A DNA stretch of 64,000 nucleotides from Lama glama (taxonomy: Eukaryota). The stretch is taken from NCBI GenBank assembly GCA_028534125.1, contig CM052816.1:5086001-5150000 (forward strand). The letters are read 5' to 3'. The notes below the pieces were generated by a model, which had not been told where the DNA came from, ran no database searches, and saw nothing but the letters and a program-made list of their open reading frames with translations. Positions 24,125 to 37,149 of the stretch are shown here, piece after piece; position 1 is the stretch's first letter; each line of letters begins with the position of its first letter. Made by a program: the position numbers and the translations under genes.

Positions 24125-27100
24125 AATAGTTAATTTTAAGATAATAATATTAATATTTCCTATGTAGGGCAAGCTTAACCTGTGCCAGATACTTGTCCTT
24201 TCCATGAATTATCTCATACCATAACCCTCTGAAGTAGGGACTGTTATTAAACCCATTTTGCAGATGAGAAAACAGGTTATGTAACTGGTACAAACTCATT
24301 TATAAATGTCAAAGCTATGTTCAAACCCACAGCAGTCTGATTTCAGAGCCTGTGTTACTGGAAGCCTGACTATTTGGCTAGACCTGCATGATGTACTCAC
24401 CTGTCATCCTGTTCATGGGTCCCTTCATCAGCCACAAACATAATTTATGTGTTACTTAAATTGTCCACACAACATCCTTATCATTCTCCCAATGGTTGTA
24501 GGGTATTTGTTTCAAGGATAAGACAAAGGTCAACCCCTCCAGAAATCCCAAGCCATGTAACATTCCAGGTGAGTCCAGACAGAGCTGATGAATGGGTCAG
24601 TCTTGAGTGGTCTGGGACCCTGGTACTGTACCTGGACATTCCCCTTCTTCATCCATATACTGACCCCACTGCCCATATATACTGACTACAACCAGTCCAG
24701 ACACACGCTCACTTCCCAGGACCAAATTCAACCCAAGGGGAGGGCGATGTGCAGAAGGAAATTACAATATGGCAATTGTAATATGATTTATCTCAAAAGA
24801 ATGATTACAATTATGTAATTAACACTTTGTATTCAGACATTTCCCTCTCCAAGGATCTCTGACAGTCTTATGGATTATTTAAATATATATCACATAGATT
24901 TCTGGAGACAAGGCTATAGTTTTAGAAGATAATTAAAATTCCTTCCCCTTTGGAATTAAGAGAATTGCCTATTGGATGAATAGAATGCCCACCAGACATA
25001 CAAAGAGATCTAAACCTGGCAACTCTTAACACAGGGCGGGAAAGGATCCTGAAGAGCAACTTGTCCAGGAAAGATAAGTAAATTTCTAATAAACACAATA
25101 CCAATCTTGAACCCCCTGCTCATGGCAGAAATTATTAACCAACCATAGCACTCGATCACTAAGCCTGGCCTTGCCCTCAGCATCTTTCTCAACACAGCAC
25201 TCTCAGCAGCCACCACCACCTATCGAAGTCAAACCCTATTTGCCATCCTGGAAATTAGTCCGCTCTCATCCCTCCAACAGGGAACAGTTCCCTTCAGAGG
25301 GAACTGAAGTTCAGAGAAGTAGATTAATTTGTTCAAAGTTCCATAACTGGTAATGCAAAGCTGATTTTTCCAAATGTTTGCTTTCTTCTTAATCTCCACC
25401 CCTGATTCTTTGCTCTGTTCAAAATATACCTGGTGGATTATAGGTTTTGTACCAGATTCCTCTTACTTGAATGAGCTGTTTAGAATGTCTCTACCGATGC
25501 TCTGCTGAATGACAATGGGCCTATTGCTGAAAGTCTTTCAGGATCAAGTGCTTTTATGTTGAAAATAGACATAGTAACCTGGGTTCATATCCCTGCCTCT
25601 CTTACTGGCAAACTGGGGTACTCTTTTGAGAAATGTGAGCTGCTGATGAAATTTCTATGACTGTAGGGAAAGGATGAGAACATCTACTCTGGGTCCTCTC
25701 TAGGCTTCTCTGTGTTCCTGCTGAAACGTGATTTTGCTCTGGAAAGTGTAAAAATGAAGTAAGACATTGGCTGGCTGTGGTGATCTGGGTATGCTACTGG
25801 GAAGGAAGTGGCACTTGAGCAAGACTTTGTAAATCAAAAGGATTAAATGCTTCTTATGATTATAAAAGAATATGTGGTCACTACACAATTAATGGGGAAG
25901 ATAGTATGTCAAGAAGAAAAAAAATCACCCCTACTTTCTTTATAAACCATGTCAAAATTTTGTTTTATTTTTCTCTTCTAATATCTTTTTACTCCATACA
26001 CTGGTATTTGGGTTTTTTTCTCTCCTTTCACATGGCTGTTAATCTATGTATACCATTTTATATTTTGATTGTTTTTTAAGATTTAATACACTGAGAGTGC
26101 TCTAAAGTCCAATAATTCTACTCCTAAGAAAAACCAACAGAAATGCATACATACATATGTTCACCAAAAGGCACGTGCAAGCAACACTTTTTATTAGAGA
26201 CCCCAACTAGAAACAACTTGAACATCCATCAATAGAACAGATAAATCAACTACAATATAGTCACAAAATTGAAAACTACACAGTGATGAAAATAAACTAT
26301 AGCTACACACAGTAATGTGGATGAATCTCACAAATATAATGTTGAGCTAAAGAAGCCACAGAAGAGAACACACTATAGACCTATTAACATAAAGTGCAAA
26401 ACCAGGCAAAGCTCATCATGGTATAAGAAGTGAGAACAGTGCTTAACCTTCGGGGACATGGCTAGTGACAGAGCGGGAGGCATCCAACTGCAGATTACAA
26501 AGGATAAGCACTTGATGAAAATGTATCAAGCTGTACATTTATGACTCATGTAGTTTTCTACATATAACATTAATTATATAGTTGCAGGAAAATACATTAT
26601 CAAGCAGAGAGGGCCAAGAATGTCACTTTGGACCGAGGAAACAGCACACACAAAGAAACACTCAAGAGTGGGAACTGGAAAACAATCCAGATTGCTTGCA
26701 ACATTGATATTACAACAGTTTGCAAAAACAAACTATCCCAAAACCTAGGGTTTAAAAACAACCACATTTACATGCCTAAAATTCTGCCAGTTGGCAATTC
26801 GGGCTGGGCTCCGCTAGACAGCACTGCTAGTCCATCTGGGTTGCTCACACAGACGTATTCACAGAGGTTGACTGGGGCTGGATAGGCCAAGATGGTCTGC
26901 ACTGTACCCTTTTTGTCTGCTCTAGGAAAATGGATCTGGGCCTTTTCAACATCTTTTTCTTTTGCTGGGGGCAGGATTATCAATTTTGTCAGTAGAGGGA
27001 GCTGGAGGGACATTAAAGTAAAAAAGGGTTTTAGCTGCCTGGTTTCAGTGGGAGGGCTCACCAGGCGCCTGCACTCTCCCATGCCCAGCTCCTGTAAAGG

Positions 27101-30100
27101 ATGGCTTCTCCAGCTTCAGGGTCCTGCAGTGCCCAGCAGCCAGCAGCCAGCAGCTGACCCAGGAATCCCTATCAAATGCTTTTGTAGCAAAGTGTCTCTG
27201 GTGAGACATTTCTGTGAGTGGCTTTCCTGGTATTTGAGAGGGTACATTTCCAGCAACTTTCAGAGAATGATTTCCACCAAATCCACCGACCTGGCATGGC
27301 ACCACAGTGACTTCTCTGCCATTCACTGGGCACAGCCATGTCCTCTCCAATAGGATCTGGATTTCGGCCCTGGATGGCAGGAGTTAGGGGAAGTGGGCTT
27401 TTCCTCAGGTGCCCTATGTCAGCCCTAGGGATAGTGGCTGCTCCTTGTATCTGCTATTCCTATATTCTTTAGATTTCTCTTTACTTCTTATTTGTTGGTC
27501 CCTTGTTACTTCAACCCCCATTATAATGAATAATTATTTATATTAAAGTTTCTCCGTCCAAAGTACTGAGTAGGTTTGCTGTCCTGGTTGGCCACAGACA
27601 GATCTACGCCTCACTCATCTCTCTGGTGGTCGATGCTGGCTCCTGGCTGTGCCATTCTCCCCACATCAGCAGGACAGGCTCAAGTTTGTCTGTCTGTCTG
27701 TTTTTTATGTGGCAGCTGGATTCCAAAAGGACGAATGCTGAAAATGCAAGACCTCTTGAGGTCAAGGCCCATAATATCACTTCAACTTCTATCTATTAGT
27801 CAAAGTGAATAAATGGATAACAGTTTGTAAATTGCTTTCAATTTCATAATTTTAAACTATAGGCAGAAAAGAATTACCTTTCTGTAGTCCTAGATATTGC
27901 GCCCAGAGAAGACTTGCCTTGACTAAGGTCCACTAAGAAGTCACTGGCCTTGAATCCAGAACCAGAACAGTGCGTTTCCCCACTCTGCCAGATTGCACTG
28001 TAAGATAAAGGTCAAGAGCCTCGTGGGCTTGGGTGTCACGTAGACCTGAGTTTAAATCCCAGTTCTGCCACTTACCAACCGTGTTGCCTTGGGAATTTTC
28101 CATGAACTTTTGCAGCTTTAGACCCTTCGCCTGGTAAAGTGGAGATTATAATAACAGGAGATACTCGAGATAGTGCTATAGAGAAGATTAAAGTGAGCCC
28201 ATGTGTATAAAGTACTTGGCAGAATCTCTGGATCTGTAAAGAGGGGTTATTGTTTAAGGGAGGTTCAGCATGTTGAACAAGGTGCCTTATTTCTGTGAGT
28301 TTCAGAGACTCAAACCAATGATGCAACATCACCTTTCCCTCCCTGGGGCTTAGGGGCTCTACTGGAGGGTCATGGTTCTCCTCATGCAAAATACCCACTC
28401 CAAGTCCTGCCAGTAATCTCACACCCTTGAAGGCAAGGGTGCAGGTATCTGTACTTCCTAAGGGTCTTCAGGACCCTACTGCCTGCTTCCCTCCTGCTGA
28501 AGGCCGCCCTGAAGCCTGGCAGTCTGGAGTGATGTCAGGGGAGCAGGGCTGAAAGATCCAGCTCTTTCTCTGCCACTACTCCTGGAGACAAATCCACATG
28601 ACAAGTAGTTAAGAGCACAGAATCCAGAGGAAGGCAGACTCGGGCTCACATTGTAGCCCCACCACTTCCTAGTTGTGGGATATTGGCTCAGTCCCTTAAT
28701 TTCCTTGACTCTGTTTCCTCATCTGTATAATGGAGTCGATAAAATATCTACTTAAAGAACTGTTTGAAAGGTTACATGAAACATAATAAACAGTACCTCT
28801 TATTTTTTCTCCTATTATTTTTTTCCTGCAGAACACACAAGTCAACAAACAAGAAACAGTAGAGCTAGAACCAGAACCTGTGTCTTCAGACTCTCCCTTT
28901 CCCCACTTCTGCCCACACCACCCCTAAAGTATTCGTGCCTTGGGGTCAAGGCAGTGCTTCCCAGCTGTTCCCATGACAGCACATGCCAACATCCGGACGC
29001 CCTCTGGGTGAACATAATGAGACTGTTTGAGGCCTACAGGTGACTGTCCTGTCAGAGCTGGGGGCTCTGGCTACCCTGGGCTCCACCTGAGACCTGCAGC
29101 CTCTATATCTCAGCATACTTATAACCTGTCACTCACTGTCCCCCAGCTGGGGACCTTTGGGTTAAGGTACTGACAACCCCTGGAGAGAGCCAGCATTGCA
29201 TTGCCCAGAAGTGACATATTAATCCATTTTTGGTAAATCAGTCCTTGGCCAGTTACTCAGTTTCCTGGTGGGAGTCCAGAGGCCAGAGCCCAGGACATGG
29301 AACCTGGGAGGAAAATCAGATGTCAGCGCCAGTCCAGGCTCTGCCTCAAACTCGTGTGACCTTGGGCAAGTCATTCCCCTTTCCTGGGCTATACCTTTCT
29401 GTTTGAAGCAGAACGCAGTTAGAGGAAACATCCACACGGTCCCTTCTAGCTCTGACGTTCTAAGAATCAGGGATTCTATGAATTCCCCATCCCCCCGCTG
29501 TCTTCTGTTCCTGGTGATCCGTGGTTTGGATGAGCAAATGGTAGACTCCCCCTGACTATGCAAGATGCTCCCCACTCTCTGCTGGTCTCTGAAAATAAAC
29601 CCTTCCTGGTTCAGACAGAGAACAGAGCCACACCTGTCCCCTGACCCCATCAATGGAACTCCTCTGAGTCCTCTTCACGTTCAGCTCCCCCTGCCCCCTA
29701 CATCAGCCTCTGGGGGGAAAGCATTCCTAGCTTGCTGAATTATCCAGTCTTCCCGCAGCTCCCAGGCCTTACACTACGTTCGGGACTCATGCGGAAGGCA
29801 GGGGACTCCAGCAACAGGAGTGCGGCAGCCTCCCAGCTGGAGGAGGGAGAAATGCTGGGAAAGGGAGAGTGTGGGAGGCTGGAGGCATATCCTGAGGAGT
29901 CCGGATTGCCAAGCCCTGGAGGTGGCACCCGGCCTTGTGTGCAGTGGGGAAACACCACAGGCCTTGAAGCAGAAGACATGGTCAGAACTTATGGTAAGAA
30001 CGTGTTTGGGTTCCATGGAAGGCAGAGTGGAGCAGAGAGAGGCTGGGGGCTGTGAGAGAAATGCAGGCCAGAGATCATGACATGGCAGTAGGGACAGCAA

Positions 30101-30339
30101 AGAGGAGGAGTTTAGGAGGTCAGCTGCAGGCAGGGTGACTGACCGACTGGCTGTTGCACCACAAAACTGACTGTGTGACCCTGCTGGGTGACTGGGATTC
30201 TACTGCGCGGGACAGAGGGTTTGTTGCTGTAGAGAGAAAGACCCCAAGGGAGAGTGGAGAAAAGAGTCTCAGGCTTAGAGACAAATACACTGAAATTCCT
30301 TCAGCAATTCTTCTATTTCCTTAAACTTTCTCATTGTGC

Positions 30340-30900
30340 AAATACTGTATGATATCACTTACAAGTGGAATCTAAAAAACACAACAGGAAGGGATAAACT
30401 GGGAGCTCGAGATTTGCAGATACTGACTGGTATAAATAAAACAGATAAACAAGTTTATGCTATATAGCACAGGGAACTATATTCGATATCTTGTAGCAGA
30501 TCACAGTGAAAAAGAATACGAAAACGAACATATGTATGTTCATGTGTGACTGAAGCATTGTGCTGTACACCAGAAACTGACACCACATTGTAAGCTGACT
30601 ATACCTCAATTAAAAAAAAAGTTAAAAACACAACAATCTAGTGAATATAACAAAAAAAGAAGCAGACTCACAGATACAGTGAACAAACCAGTGGTTACCA
30701 GTGTGGGGAGGGAAGCGAGGAGGGGAGTGAGAGGTATAAACTCTTAGATATGAACTAAGCTACAAGGATATATTGTACAACACAGGGAATATAGCCAGTA
30801 TTTTATAGTAATTATAAATGGAGTATAAGCTTTAAAAACTGTGAATCATTATATTATACACCTGTAACTCATGTAACATTATATAACTATGATCAATAGG
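30340..30900 (+). mobile_element. L1 3'UTR with a nested younger L1 (30387-30623)
   Basis: The older L1 is interrupted by an insert flanked by TSD AAAAACACAACA (30375-30386 / 30624-30635). Confidence 0.88.
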
Positions 30901-31336
30901 ACAAAGAAAACTTTCTCATTTTGTCCTCCCAGCATCCATGCATCATGGTGTCTGTTTTGTGGCTGAGGTTGTGGAGGCTGTGTCAGACCTCGGGCCTCGC
31001 GTTCAGGTCTGCTGACTCTTGGCCCCATGCTTGGCTGCAGAAGACTGCTCTCCTGAAACAGCCGGCAGACACAGGTAGCAGGAAGTTCACCTCACCCAGG
31101 TGCTTCCCCCCACCTCCCCCGGACTTCACAGCCCAAACCTGTCACCAAATGCAGCGTGCCTCAGGATCCTTGCTCTGGGCCTTGGCTTGGCTTTAGGTCA
31201 CAAGAAGAGTGGGCAGGTCCAACTGAAGGTTTTTAACATTCAGATACGAACAAAACAGGGGAACCCTTTTTTACAAAGGGATCTCACTGGACCCACCATC
31301 AAGAACTCAAATAAAAAACCTACAGGGTGGAGTGGC

Positions 31337-31500
31337 GGGGAGGGTATAGCTCAGTGGTAGGGTACACGCCCCTTAGCCTGCATGAGGTCCTGGGTTTAAT
31401 CCGCAGTATATCCATAAAAAACAAAAATTAAAAACAAAGAAATAAATCTAATTACCTCTCCCACCCTCACCCACCAAGAAACCCCATAAAAAACAAACAA
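31337..31500 (+). mobile_element. Vic-1-type SINE
   Basis: GGGGAGGGTATAGCTCAGTGGTAG...GAGGTCCTGGGTTTAATCC plus the same A-rich tail containing CTAATTACCTC. Confidence 0.85.
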
Positions 31501-33876
31501 AAACCCTGCTCGGGTTGAGGAAGATGTGATGGACTCAGAGGCTCTCTGGTTGGACGGTGGTCCTGCCTGCCCCACACTTTGGCCACCTCTATGACACTCC
31601 CCAATGCCCAGGGTTCCATGGCCCACAGTTTGCAAACCACAAGCAGACTCTTGCTTCAACATCCTAGAGCAAGGGAGTCTGGATCTGAGGCCACAGATAG
31701 AATGCAGGGTGTCTCAGAGCTTGGATGGGAAAAAAACTCCATCTTTATTGTCACTAACCTCTAACTCAAGTTAAATATTTGAATGTAGGCAGTGGCCACA
31801 GTAGTACTGATGCTTCCTGTGACCGTGTCACCATGAGAAATCAAGGATATTTTTGTATCACATTACAAATTACATCAAGGATCTTCCAAAATTTCTTTTA
31901 TGTTCATTATGACTATAAAATTACAATAATTATGGTATTTGCAGTCTGATCTCAATGTCTTAATAAAAACATATTATTATATTATAAAAAATTAAAAAAT
32001 ATCTTGATAACTCTATTTCTATGACTGGTTTCCCTTGAGTCCTATATGTTTTCTTTTATGCATTTAAAAACATTCTGAGAAAGGCCTGTCAGCTTCTCCA
32101 GATAGCAGAGGAATCCATGGCATTAATAAGGTTAAGAACCCCTGTCCTAGGACTTCTCTTCCAGAACAGAGGGGACTGGGGAGATTGTTGCCAAAAGAGG
32201 GCATGTAGGACCCAGGATCCCAGGAGGCAACGTGCCCTCCCTGAGCCTCAGGAAAATGAGACAGGAAACTGGGGCAGGAGCAAAGGGACTCTGAGAAGTG
32301 GAGCAGAAGCCAACAGGTCATCCAGCAGGGCTCAGTCTAGCAGGACAGAACTGAATTCCTGAGCCCCAAGCCCAGCCAGGCTTCTTGGGGGAGCCAGGAC
32401 TCCTGGATCCTCGGCTTGCTTGTCATTTTCGCTTCCGTTCTCAACTTCCTTCTCTGAGCTAGTAAGAGTGGAGGCAACAGTGGCTTCAAGGTCAAGAGAG
32501 ACCTTGCTTCTGGATCTGACTCTTCCTCGTCTTGCTGAGTGACTTCAGACAAGTCATCTCCCCTTCTGAGCTCAGTTTTCATTGCTGTGTAATTTCTGGC
32601 ATTAATACTGCTTATAACCCTCTGCCACTTGTTAGCTGAGCAATCTCATTCAAGATCTGTAGCCTCTCTGAGCCTCAGGGCTCTCATCTATAAAATGGGA
32701 ATGATAAAATGGGCTACTGTAAGGATGAAATGAGGTAAAGAATTTAGAGCACCTAGCACAATCTTTAGAGCGCAGTAGGAACTCCATAAATGTGGCTCCT
32801 CAACCAAAGCGCCTCTAAGCTTCATGATGATTGGAGAAAACCTTGACTGCCACTGCACCCCGGTCCCTCCACCACAAACTTATTCTTCTGTGAGGTTTGA
32901 GACCTTAGTGTCCATGGAGCTCTAACTCAGATACCCAAGGCCCTCACACATGCACACACACACACCCTTGGGAGGATTTTGAGATGCCACAGCTGGTTAC
33001 CAAGGAAAGATGTTTAGGAGGTTCCCTGGGGTTGTTGGTTAGAAGAGACTCCTGCCCAGAGCAGGGAGGTGGCTAACATGACCTGTCGGGGGCCTTCACA
33101 CTCTTAGAATTTTTCAACTTTAGTTTCATTAGCTCACGTGCACACACATGCACACTCTCACACACCATGTGCCCAAAGCCTGGACAAGAGTGGCTGCCTT
33201 TCCCTTTCCTGGGAAACTTCTGTTCTAGCTCTCACTCCACCTCACCCTCCTGCACTGTCACGACCCCTGAACTACATTCCCTATGACTGAGCTCAGCAGG
33301 GAGCAGTGGGAGAGGGAAGGACAGGATGAGGAAGCTCAAACGAACAAACAGAAGGGGCTTGTACCTCAGCTGGGCCCCCAAAGCCAGGAGCAGCAATAGC
33401 CCCGTGCACTTGGGGGAATGGACGGGTACCAAGCACTTGCTCATCCAGCATCCCCCCCGGAGACTCCTGCTGCCCCATTTTCACCGAGAAGGTGACAAGG
33501 GTGTGAGGGGCCCCATTTTATAGACGGAGAAACTGATCACAGGGTCTCGCCCTGAATCAGTTTATCTAGCCCATTTGAATCTCTGAGTCTCGGTCCTAAG
33601 TTAAACCCAACTTATCAACAGCAACAATACCTACCAGTCAGTCAGTACTGCGGACACTCCCCCCACTCCATTTTAGAATTTAGAAGAGAGTGAAGTATAG
33701 CAAAGCAAAGTGACTTACACCCAAGGTCACCAGTAAGTCTTACAGTCTGCATTTGAACCCAACATCGTCTGACTCCAAAGTGGATGCTCTAACCACATAC
33801 CATACTGCCTCACGCACTAGGGCCACATCCCAGGCTTGGGTTTCAGTTACAGGAGTCATTAGGAAACACCATTACT

Positions 33877-34670
33877 TGGCCATCATTAAAAAGTCCACAA
33901 ACGATAAATGCTGGAGAGGGTGTGGAGAAAAGGGAACCCTCCTCCACTGTTGGTGGGAATGTAGTTTAGTACAGTAGTTACGGAAAACAGTATGGAGATT
34001 CCTCAAAAAACTAAAAGTAGACTTATCATATGATCTGGCAATCCCACTCCTGGGCATATACCCTGAGGGAACTTTAATGTGAAAAGACACATGCACCCCA
34101 ATGTTCATAGCAGCACTATTTACAATAGTCAAGACATGGAAGCAACCTAAATGCCCACTGACGGATGACTGGATAAAGAAGTTGTGGTATATTTATACAA
34201 TGGAATACTACTCAGCAATAAAAAAGAATAAAATAATGCCATTTGAAAGGAACATGGATGGATCTGGAGATTGTCATTCAAAGTCAAGTAAGCCAGAAAG
34301 AGAAAGAAAAATACCATATGGTATTACTTACATGTGGAATGTAAAAAAAATGAGACAAATGAACTTATTTACAAAACAGAAACAAACTCACAGACATAGA
34401 AAACAAACTTATGGTTACTGGGGGGTAAGGGGGTGGGAAGGGATAAATTGGAAGTTCGAGATTTGCAGATACTAACTACTACATATAAAATAGATAAACA
34501 AGTTTATACTGTATAGCACAGGGAACTATATTCAATATCTTGTAGTAACCTTTAATGAAAAATATGAAAACAAATACATGTATGTACATGTATGACTGAA
34601 CTATTATGCTGTACACCAGAAATTGACACAATATTGTAAACTGACTATACTTCAATAAAAGAAAGAAAGA
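33877..34670 (+). mobile_element. 5'-truncated young LINE-1 (ORF2 C-terminus + 3'UTR)
   Basis: ORF2 remnants [28 protein letters not shown] and [20 protein letters not shown]-rich tail; 13-bp TSD AAACACCATTACT (33864-33876 / 34671-34683). Confidence 0.95.
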
Positions 34671-35967
34671 AAACACCATTACTCAGTGAGCTGTTTTCCC
34701 GTTTTTTGTTTATGAGTCTGCATTTCAAAAAGTCCCAATAAATGGTATTTTGAAAAAGGAAAAGAACTCAAGCAACAAGCAGTCATGATTCCATCATTAT
34801 CAGAATAAATCTTTATCCATGGCAGTCACATTTTACGAAACATCCATTACTCTATTTCATTGATTTGAAAATGCAGGTTTATGAATTTTTTTAATCTTTA
34901 AATTTGAGGTGCATCTTAAAATCTCTGGAATCCAAGCTCCCATGAAAGACACTATTTTACTTGGCCCTAAGGACAATCCTGGTAGGCAAGCATTGCCAAG
35001 ATTACAGTGACCACTTTACAGCTGGGAAAATTGAGGTTCAGAGGTTAGGTGACTAGCCTCAGGTCACAGAGCCAGTCAGTGCAGATTAGCCCTGTCTCCT
35101 GATTGCAAGCTGTGTCCACCGTATACTCCTGGCTTCCAGGCCTTGTGTTCACACTAACCTGTTCCCATCACCCCCCTAGCCGGCCCCCCAGCAGAGACTT
35201 GAGGGAGACCTCAGTTCCCCCATCCAGGGTTCCCCAGCCTCAGTCAGAGAGGGGATGAACCCAGTGTGAGGACTTGTGGGAACAGTCCAGCCCCACAGGG
35301 GAAGTTTTCAGACCAAAGGATCCCACTGTCAAGAATGCATCCCATGCAGGAGGCAGTGTGGTAGAGACCAAAGCTGGGCTGGGGATGTGAAGGCAGTATT
35401 TCTGCCTCATACCCTCATAAACCATACAAGCTAGATCCAGAAGCTTCCCACCTAGGGTCCTCATTCTCTGGAATTACAAATGTCCTAGTTCTCATATTTC
35501 AAAAGGACCAAATGAAAATCAAATATTGGCTCTAGATAAGACCTCAGAGACAGGCTAAAACACCATATGTCTTCGCTTTGCCTAAACTTACATCAGCTCA
35601 GCGGTACTGCCAGGGTTTGTTCCTGCTGACCAGACAACACTGATTGGTTGTGATAGGGCCCCAATTAACATACAAGGGGAAAAACAAATTAACGACTTCT
35701 TATGTAACAGGTACAGCTTGGCAGACAAAAGTTTTTCAAAACGAGGGGTGTGATGGGGGACACTAATAAAAGGGGCAAGCTGACATGAAGTTTGAGCTCC
35801 TCATTTTCCCAGATGGGACACGTGAGGTTCAGAGAGCTGGGGTGACTTGCTCAAGGTCACATAACAGGGCTGGAACCAGCACCCGAGTTTTCTGCCCCTC
35901 GGGACAGGCATCTTCCCACCACACCCTGTGTGCTGAGGTTCAAGAAGGCCAGAGCGGCAGGACTCAC

Positions 35968-36152
35968 CAGGGTTGCTGAAGGGGGTCAGGACAGGGAAAT
36001 GGCTTCTCCCTGGCACCTGTTGGCTCCTTCCTGGCGGGCAGCTGCCAAGGCCACGCTGCCTTTCCTCCCTGGGCGTCGGCCAGGGCAGCTAGGCATGAGA
36101 GCGCTGGGTAAGGTGGAGGCGGCCTCCCTGAAGAAAGCGCCCCCCAGGACAT
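35968..36152 (-). pseudogene. LARP1: Homologue of the alternative coding exon 1 of the human short (~1019-aa) LARP1 isoform, frame-disrupted here
   Basis: Segments in three frames (MSWGALSSGRPPPPYPAL / PSCPGRRPGRKGSVALAAA / RKEPTGAREKP / FPVLTPFSNP) match the recalled human MLWRVLLSKRPPFPHPEL...PSCPGRLPGRKNSVALAAAPRKEPTGDREKPLPFPVLAPFSNPE. The donor CCTG|GTGAGT at 35968/35967 is intact. Confidence 0.85.
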
Positions 36153-37149
36153 GGAGTGACCGGGCCTGGGGTCACGGCGTGGCCACGGAGGGCGTAGCTA
36201 CAGCTAGCGTGTACAGTTGCCTCCTGGCATCCGCCCGGGAGCTCTCCAGGTGGCAGGGCTGGTTTTCCTGCCAGTTGCTGGGTGCCTTTAAGAGAACGAT
36301 GGCAGTTCATTGGCTGAGCAAGGCTCCCCCTACCTCTTCACCTGAGCAGGTGAGGGCTGTTAGGCTATGGGCAGAATGGGGAGTAAACAAACTGTGGCAA
36401 CCAGCTGGCTCTCCCCTCCTCCACAGCCCTGGTCCTGGCTTCCTTCCTCTTCCTCCTTTCCCACCCACAACTCTGGGAACGACCTGGGAGTAAAGAAAGG
36501 GCAAAACATTCTGCAACATGCTTAGTGCTGTTCAGTTTAGGAAGCTTCATTATTTCACAGTCACCCTAGACCAGAGTTAACAGTACGCCTGCTCTTTCAG
36601 ATGGAAAACCTGTGCTTGGAGAGGTGAAACAGATCCTTGAGTTCACCGGGCTCTTGGAAGGAATGCTAATAGAGTAGGATGCTGTCAGGACCCAACCCTG
36701 AGTGCCCTGCCTTTGACTTCCCCATACAGTGGAATTGCAAGGCAAAGGCTCTGAGCAGGTGTGTTTGGAAAAAAGAAAGAAAGGCACTGTAGCTACAGTC
36801 TAATCCCCACCCCACCCTTGTTTAATAGATAAGGAAATGATGCAGAGAGATGACTTGCTCAAAGTCCCCTCCTGCAAATCTCTCCTTTCTTTTCTTTATC
36901 CTCATGTATTAGGGGCGGAAACTGAAGTCTGGAGCTCACCAGCATACGTGGATTACCAACGCAGCGATCATCCCACTAGCCTACGTTGCTATAACCTCCT
37001 GTTTCTCCACTCTCTAGACACCTGTTTACTCCCGGAGGGCAAAAACTATGATTTCTAAGAGCTGATCACACTGAAGAACCAAATCCTGACCAACAGGATA
37101 CAGTAAGGACCTTCCTACGAAGTTGAAAGCTGAAGGTCCTTTCAACTTT

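Noticed and set aside
33753..34475. ORFs with protein-like sequence
   Set aside because: Frameshifted LINE-1 ORF2 remnants, not a host gene.
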